Positions 37,101 to 43,166 of a stretch of 43,166 bases of DNA are shown piece after piece. Numbering within the stretch: the first letter of the stretch is position 1; every line of letters begins with the position of its first letter. The stretch is from Protoeuglena noctilucae. Taxonomy: Eukaryota. The stretch lies in the NCBI GenBank assembly GCA_958009085.1, contig OY253689.1, positions 434,001-477,166 on the forward strand. Direction: 5' to 3'. The notes under the pieces are model-generated. The model searched no databases. It saw only the letters and a list, made by a program, of their open reading frames with translations, and was not told where the DNA came from. Both the position numbers and the translations under genes were made by a program.

Positions 37101-39740
37101 AAGCACCCTGGCTCACCAACAGACGCGGTCAGCTCCCAGCACGCATGCTCGGCGCTTCCCCTCATTCTCACACGCGCGTGATGTCTGCTCCCCCAGGCAC
37201 CCCCCTCTCTGCTGATGGAATTCGAGTCGGATTACCTGGGACCCGTGGGGACGCTCGGTGGCCCCAAGGGGGCGGATGGGGAGGGGCGGGAGGGTGCGGC
37301 AGGGGGGCAGTGGGACGAGGCGCGGATGCCGAGGCCGGTCGACTGGGTGGTGCCGGAGGGGACGCGGTGAGTGAGTGGAGATGACTGCATGGTGGGACGG
37401 GTGGCGCGACGGAGCGGGGTGCGCTGGTCGCCGCCTGCATGAGGGCCGCTTGCAACACTAAACCACCCCCCAACCCCTGCTTGTCTTCTGCAGCGTCGTC
37501 GCCATCACGGGTCCCAACACGGGCGGCAAGACGGCCTCCCTCCTCGCCCTGGGCCTGGCGTCCCTCATGGCGCGCGCGGGGCTCTTCCTGCCCTGCTCCG
37601 CCAGCATGGGCCTGCCCCGCGTGCCGTGGTTCGACGCGGTGCTCGCGGACATCGGAGACTCCCAGTCCCTCGAGCAGAGCCTCTCCACCTTCTCCGGACA
37701 CGTGCGCAGGTGAGCACACCATGCGACGTGACGTGTGACACGTGTGACTGCGCGCGCTTCCTTGCTGAGTCCATGACCATGCACCCGCGTGTCTCTCTGG
37801 TGACTGCGTGCGCTTCCATGCTGCTTTGCATGACCGTGCACCCGCGTGTCTTTCCGACCCAGGTGCTCCCGCATCCTCTCCCGCGCCACTCCCCAGTCCC
37901 TGGTGCTGCTGGACGAGGTGGGGTCGGGCACGGACCCAGACGAGGGGGCAGGTGAGAGGGGGTGCTGTGGATGTAAGAGTCAGAAGTGGGTCTGCCTTGT
38001 CGCAGTCTGTCTGTAGGGGTCGCGAGTGGGTCTACTTTGTCGCATCTGTGATGCAACCACGCATCGCGTTCCCCCCGCAGCCCTGGCTTGCAGCATCCTC
38101 CTCCACCTCCGCGACACGGCCGCCCTCACCGTGGCCACCACGCACCACGCAGAGACCAAGGCCATGGCTGGCAGCGAGGCGAGTGGCAGGGGCAGGTCGT
38201 GTTGTCACCCATGCACCTGCGACTGCGTCTGGCCCAACCATGCTATGCTCTGTCTCCCCAGCCCGGCTTCGCCCGTGCCAGCGTAGGCTTCGACACGCAG
38301 ACCCTGCGCCCCGCCTACGCGCTGCTGTGGGGCACGGCGGGCGCCAGCAATGCCCTCGACATCGCACAGGCGCTGGGATTCGACCCGGCGGTCGTGGAGG
38401 TGAGCGGTGGAACGGACACACGCTCGTGTGGATGTGAGCGGTGGGGGTGGGCGTTGGACTGGACACACGCTCGTAGGGATGTGAGCGGGGGGCAAGTGTT
38501 AACACCGTGGCATCGGGATACGACAACCCCTCCCACTCTATCGCTGCAAGACCGTGGCATGTCGACGACAACCCGCTTTCGCTCCTCCCCCTTCAGGAGG
38601 CGCGGGCGGTGGCGGCGGGCGTGGGGGTGCGCGCGCTGGCAATGGGCAGCTCTGGCGCGAGGGGGGGGCTGGCTGCTGAGGTGGCGGAGGCGCAGCAAGA
38701 GGCAGAGGCGGCCAGGGGGCGGCTGTCGGCACTGCACGCGGCGTTGGATGAGACGCGGGCGCGGAGGGCGGAGGTGGAGGGGTGGGACGCGGGGGCGGCG
38801 GCGGAGAGCGTGGCGGGGGAGGTGGGGGAGGAGGCGGCACGGTGGGTGGCAGAGGCAGAGGTGAGCGGCGGGGAGTGGTGGCGCGGCAGGCCGTAGCGCG
38901 TATGGCTGCGTCCCGTGTAGCTGCGGTGTGCTGGTGAGTAATCACGCATGCAGGTATGCGTGTGCATGGCCGTGCCCGTCACTGCCCCTATCGTCGCCCA
39001 CACCGCAGCGGGGCCAGGTGTCCGTGGATGCCGCGATAAGCGCATTGGCGGCGATGGCGGGGGAAGCACGGGAGCGGGTGGCAGCCGCGGCGCCAGAGTG
39101 GGCGAGGGCGGGAGGGGACGGCGTGGATGGCGCGGGCGAGGCGGGCGGCGGGAGGGAGGGGTGGCGCCCGTCGGTCGGGCAGCGGGTGCTCGTGGCGGGT
39201 GCTGCGGGCGCCGAGGGGGTGGTGCGCGCGGTGGGCGACGCGTGGGCGGTGGTGGCGATGGGTGCCGTGGAGACGCGGGTGGGCAAGGAGCGTCTGCGGC
39301 CGTGGGACCCCCAGGGGGCAGAGGGGGCGCGGGGCGGGGGGGGAGCGGGGGGAGGGCAGGCGCGGGGGAAGGGGCCGGAGCGCCTGGCCGCCGCGGCAGA
39401 GGCAGTCAAGCAGCGGTGGAAGTGGGCGGGGAGGGGGCGGGCGGGCGGGGCGGTGGCACTGGCGGGGGCGGGCGGCGGGGGCGGCGGGGGCGGCCCGGCG
39501 ATCGCCACGTCCCGCAACACGGTGGACGTGCGCGGCATGGGCGCCGAGGAGGCCGCGGAGGAGGCGGCGCGCGCCGTGGGGGCGGCGGGGGCGGGCGGCA
39601 CGGTGTTCATCGTGCATGGGGTGGGGACGGGGCGCGTGCGTGACGCGGTGCGGGAGCTGCTGGCGAGGGACGCTCGCGTGGCCAGCGTGGCGTACGAGGA
39701 GGGCAGCCAGGGGGGCTGCTCCGTGGTGACCCTGGCGTGA
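34161..39740 (+). CDS. MUTS2: Plastid MutS2 with C-terminal Smr domain, about 15 exons; start codon inferred
   Basis: [17 protein letters not shown]-terminus, [11 protein letters not shown], Walker [57 protein letters not shown], and Smr motifs [17 protein letters not shown] at 39738-39740. Confidence 0.93.
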
Positions 39741-39815
39741 GGGTCGCTCTATGGGACGAGTAAGCGTGGGTGGCGCACCGCAGTGTTTGCCGGTTTTCAT
39801 CTAGTCCGTCGTTTT

Positions 39816-40933
39816 TCAAAAGTCCACGTGCAGCCTCACTCGCGCGATGTCCTTCACCCCGATCGACACCACCTCCTCCCTCTGCCGCCGCGTCAGCCCC
39901 GCCCGCCCCTTGCCGCGGTTGGCACGCACGTCCGCCAGGTGCCAGCGGGTGCACTCCGCGTCCCACGACACGACGCTCAGCACCCTGGAGTCCGCGCGCC
40001 CCTCCCCGTCCACGTAATCCACCCGCATGGGCAGCTCCCTGCGCAGCCACGAGAAGTGCCGTCCGTCCGTCACCCCACTGCCCCCTCACCGCTCTTGTTG
40101 GTCACCTCACGCCCCACACGCGCCTCGCCCTCACCGGAACCTCTCCAGGTCCCTCGGCACCTCCACCTCCCTCTCCGCCCCCGGGGACGACACCTCCACC
40201 TCCAGCGACCCCGCCGCCTCCTCCCCCAGCAGCGCCGACAGCCGCTGCGACAGCTCGCGGGAGAAACGCTCGATGTCGTCCAGAGAAGGCGACCCGTACT
40301 TGTCCGCCATACTCTCCAGCCGAATGTCCAGGCGGGACTGGGGGGAGGGGTCACGCATGCGTCACGCTAGTGCTGCGCAGGGCTGGGTCCCCAAGTGCGC
40401 CTGGGCCATCAGAGACTCGCCTGCTGCGGCACGGCGCGGAACGAGTAGAGTCTCAGGTGGTCGGCGCCGTCCTCGGCCAGGGCATCCCGGGCGGCACGGA
40501 GGGCGGACTCCGCCCAAGGCAGGCCCCCCGTCTCGACGCTGCGGGCCGCGGCCTCCTCGACCTCCTCGGCGACCTCCAGCTCCGCCGAGTCCTCGTCGTC
40601 GCCGTCGCCATCGGCGGGGCTGGCACCGCCCGCGGCCTGCTGGGAGGCGGGGACGGAGGTCGGGTGCACAGGCGCCCAGGCGTGGCGGGCTGGCCGCGAT
40701 GGAGCAGCAGCCGACGAGCGAGGGCTTACCCACTGCTCGCCATCTGCCGGCTGCGGCGTGCGCGGCCGCTGCTTGCCGGCCGCTGCGCACACGGAGCACG
40801 GCCGCCGAAGGGCCGGCCAGCGCGGCAGGTCGGGAACCCGCTGCGAGGGGCCGGGACCTCTCCCCCGTGACGGCAACACGGACGATGCGACCCGCGCCAT
40901 GTCGGCGAGCGATGCACAGCGCGCACCGGACAT
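39816..40933 (-). CDS. RimP/DUF150-like ribosome maturation factor, organellar; start at 40933 or 40900
   Basis: LYSFRAVP..RLDIRLE...DKYGSPSLDDIERFSR..LEVEVSSPGAER.V.VPRDLERF..LPMRV.Y..W.LADVR.N..VRLHVDF* matches the plant/algal RimP-like family. Confidence 0.88.
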
Positions 40934-41469
40934 GGGGACGGGCCGCAGCGCTTTGAGCACCCCGTGCCGACCCGTGCGCGTGTATCGGCAGCCAATACTC
41001 AGGCTGGTGCACCACGTGTCCGTCCTCGCCAACTCGCGAGTGCGACTGCGCGCAGTCGCTTTGAATCCCCCCCACACCGGGTCTGGCACGCCAATTCCGA
41101 CGCGAGTGCGTCGCACCCTTCCCAAAGCAGGCGTCAAGCGCGCAGATGCGCTTATATGTTGCCATCAGGAAGAGACTCGGCCCATCTGCTCGCCTAGGGA
41201 GGGTGCCATCGCATTCCATCGCACCCGAGGCGTCCGAGGCGCCCTCTCGCAGCGCCCTTCGACTCCGTAGGAGTTCTCTGAAGCGTGGTCTGGCTCGGCG
41301 TCCCGCCTGGATCGTGGGGATGGCGGTGGGGCGGGGAGCCACAGGCGTGCGAGTGATGGCTTCGGCACAGCGGTGAAAGCGGCTTATGTTCGAGGCCCTC
41401 ACGGAGCTTATAGGGTATTTCGCCGGAGCAGCTGCCTCCTCGTGCGCCCCGGCCTTCCGATCGGGCAAG

Positions 41470-42317
41470 ATGGTGACGGACTACCAAAGTGAGCCTGGGT
41501 GGCCCGGACGGCGCACGATGCGCCGCGGCGTGCGGGCAGATCCTGCGTCAAATTCGCAGACGCACTCGCGGGGCAGCGGGGCTCGCCCCTCGCCTGGGGA
41601 AGGCGTCGCCGTGGCACTTTTGAGCGCTGCACGTTCCCATCGCAGAGATCGGCCTCGGCCTGACCGTCTGCGGGTTCTGCTTCGTGTTGCTGGGTGTCAT
41701 GCTCTTCCTTGACCGAGGGTTCATCGCCCTGGTGAGGGCGGCTTGGCGCGGTTTTCACACCGGACCGCAACAACGTCGCCCTTTCCCGCACTCCGGCCGC
41801 GAACGATGCCTCTTCCCCCGCGCAGGGGGACGCGATGTTCTTGGCCGGCGTCACGCTCACCATCGGGGCCCAGGCCACGTACAGGTTCTTCACCCGGAGC
41901 CGCAACTACAAGGGGTGAGGAGGCATGGCGCACGGTGCGCCGTGCCGCCCCGGGCCTGTGTTCCCGTCGCCGCCGTCGCCTGCCAGTGCTCAGAGGCATC
42001 CTCGGCGCCGATCCCGCGCCAATGGTCCCCCTTTGTTCCCCTCGCTCTGCATGGAACCCCCCTCCGCGTGCCCCCTCTCCCCCAGGACGGCCTTCTTCTT
42101 CGGCGGCTTCCTCCTCATCCTCTTCAGCCGCTTCCGCATCCTCACGGCCGTGGGCATGGCACTCCAAGCGTACGGCTTCTTCTGCCTCTTTGCCGGGTTC
42201 GCCCCCACCGCCCTCCACTTCCTGCGGCAGGTGCCCTTCCTCAGCAAGGCCCTCGACACCCCCGCGGTCAAGAACGTCGTCAACAAGGTCGCGCCGCCAG
42301 ACTCCCTCCCCATGTGA
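41470..42317 (+). CDS. GOT1: Got1-family Golgi vesicle transport protein; exons 41470-41488, 41646-41731, 41826-41914, 42086-42317
   Basis: MVTDYQKIGLGLT..LGVMLFLDRGFIALGDAMFLAGVTLTIG..FF..NYKGTAFFFGG..YGFFCLF.GF.P...FLRQVP..LPM*. Confidence 0.93.
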
Positions 42318-42912
42318 CGCGCGCGTGCACACGGTGGCATAGAGCATGCAGGGCCCCCGCGCTGGCCGGCCCGCGACAGTGGCGGACGTTGGTCGTGCCA
42401 TTGCCACTGCGATGGGGGCTGGTGTGTGTGTGCGTGCTCAGCCCTGACCCCGGCGTGCTTCAGGAATTGCTGGGCCACAGTCGGCGTGCCGCATCGGATT
42501 TCCAGCCACGCCTGCCAGACTCCTGGGGGGACTCATAGGCCGGTTGCTCTTCTCGGGGATCGCTGGGCCTACGTGTGTTATGCGTCGTCGTGCCGGCGGA
42601 TAGCTTGGAAGGGGTTCTTGAACTCGCAATTTGCTTCACAGACACTTTCTGAGGCCAGCTCTGGCGTCTTCCTCCTTACGCCGACCGCTGGTAGATTGCG
42701 AAGCCGTAGAAACACTCAAATCGCACTAGGCGCCGCGCAAGGCGCCCGCCCCGCGCGCCCTGGAGTTGTCACGGCACAGGTACGAACCGTCTCCCGCTTG
42801 CCGCGCCCCGCGGGGCGCTCTGACGCGGCCAACACATTCGCGTACTTCTTGGCGATGTGTTGGGGTTGTGGCAATCCCTGTCCAGCGTTTGAACATCGCG
42901 AATGGGGCCAGG

Positions 42913-43021
42913 TTTTAGGGTAGGTAGGGTAGGCAGGTTAGGGTTAGGCTAGGCTCAGGTAGGGTTAGGTTAGGGTTAGTTTTAGGGTCACTTTTTAGGG
43001 TTAGGTTAGGGTTAGGTAGGT
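42913..43021 (+). repeat. Degenerate telomere-variant repeats
   Basis: Mixture of TTTTAGGG, TTTAGGG, TTAGG, TAGGG, TAGG and TTAGGG units. Confidence 0.9.
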
Positions 43022-43166
43022 TTAGGGTTAGGGTTAGGGTTAGGGTTAGGGTTAGGGTTAGGGTTAGGGTTAGGGTTAGGGTTAGGGTTAGGGTTAGGGT
43101 TAGGGTTAGGGTTAGGGTTAGGGTTAGGGTTAGGGTTAGGGTTAGGGTTAGGGTTAGGGTTAGGGT
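43022..43166 (+). repeat. Telomere, (TTAGGG)n, 24 perfect units to the window end
   Basis: Perfect array with the G-rich strand running 5'->3' toward the sequence end. Confidence 0.98.

Noticed and set aside
36530..37850. Short intronic tandem repeats in MutS2 (36538-36615, 37772-37852) as mobile elements
   Set aside because: They are simple local duplications with no terminal repeats, target-site duplications or coding capacity.
31278..40933. Bacterial-type genes (MutS2, RimP, DnaJ-ferredoxin) as recent HGT or contamination
   Set aside because: They have spliceosomal introns and transit-peptide-like N-termini, and belong to known nuclear-encoded plastid families.
1..43166. tRNA, rRNA or transposon genes
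   Set aside because: No cloverleaf, rRNA motif, transposase or reverse transcriptase signature was recognised by eye. A covariance-model scan would be needed to exclude small RNAs.

Overview
This is GC-rich eukaryotic nuclear DNA, most likely from a flagellated green alga (inferred from intron-rich genes, plastid-type proteins, IFT88 and SEPSECS). It runs into a (TTAGGG)n telomere at the right end. Twelve spliced genes were reconstructed by hand: MLH1 3' end (+), an alpha/beta-hydrolase (-), a plastid GNAT acetyltransferase (+), IFT88 (-), a large unknown two-TM Cys-rich protein with three VHL-beta-like repeats (+), DPY30 (-), MND1 (+), SEPSECS (-), a DnaJ-ferredoxin (-), MutS2 (+), a RimP-like protein (-) and GOT1 (+). 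Three signals stand out. (1) Many introns carry short 'echo' copies of the neighbouring exon end plus its splice site, and these copies differ from the real exon mostly at synonymous positions. (2) About 17 of about 88 hand-built introns use GC donors. (3) The orphan membrane protein has an architecture I do not recognise. All exon models and family assignments are manual, from remembered homologue motifs; no searches were run.
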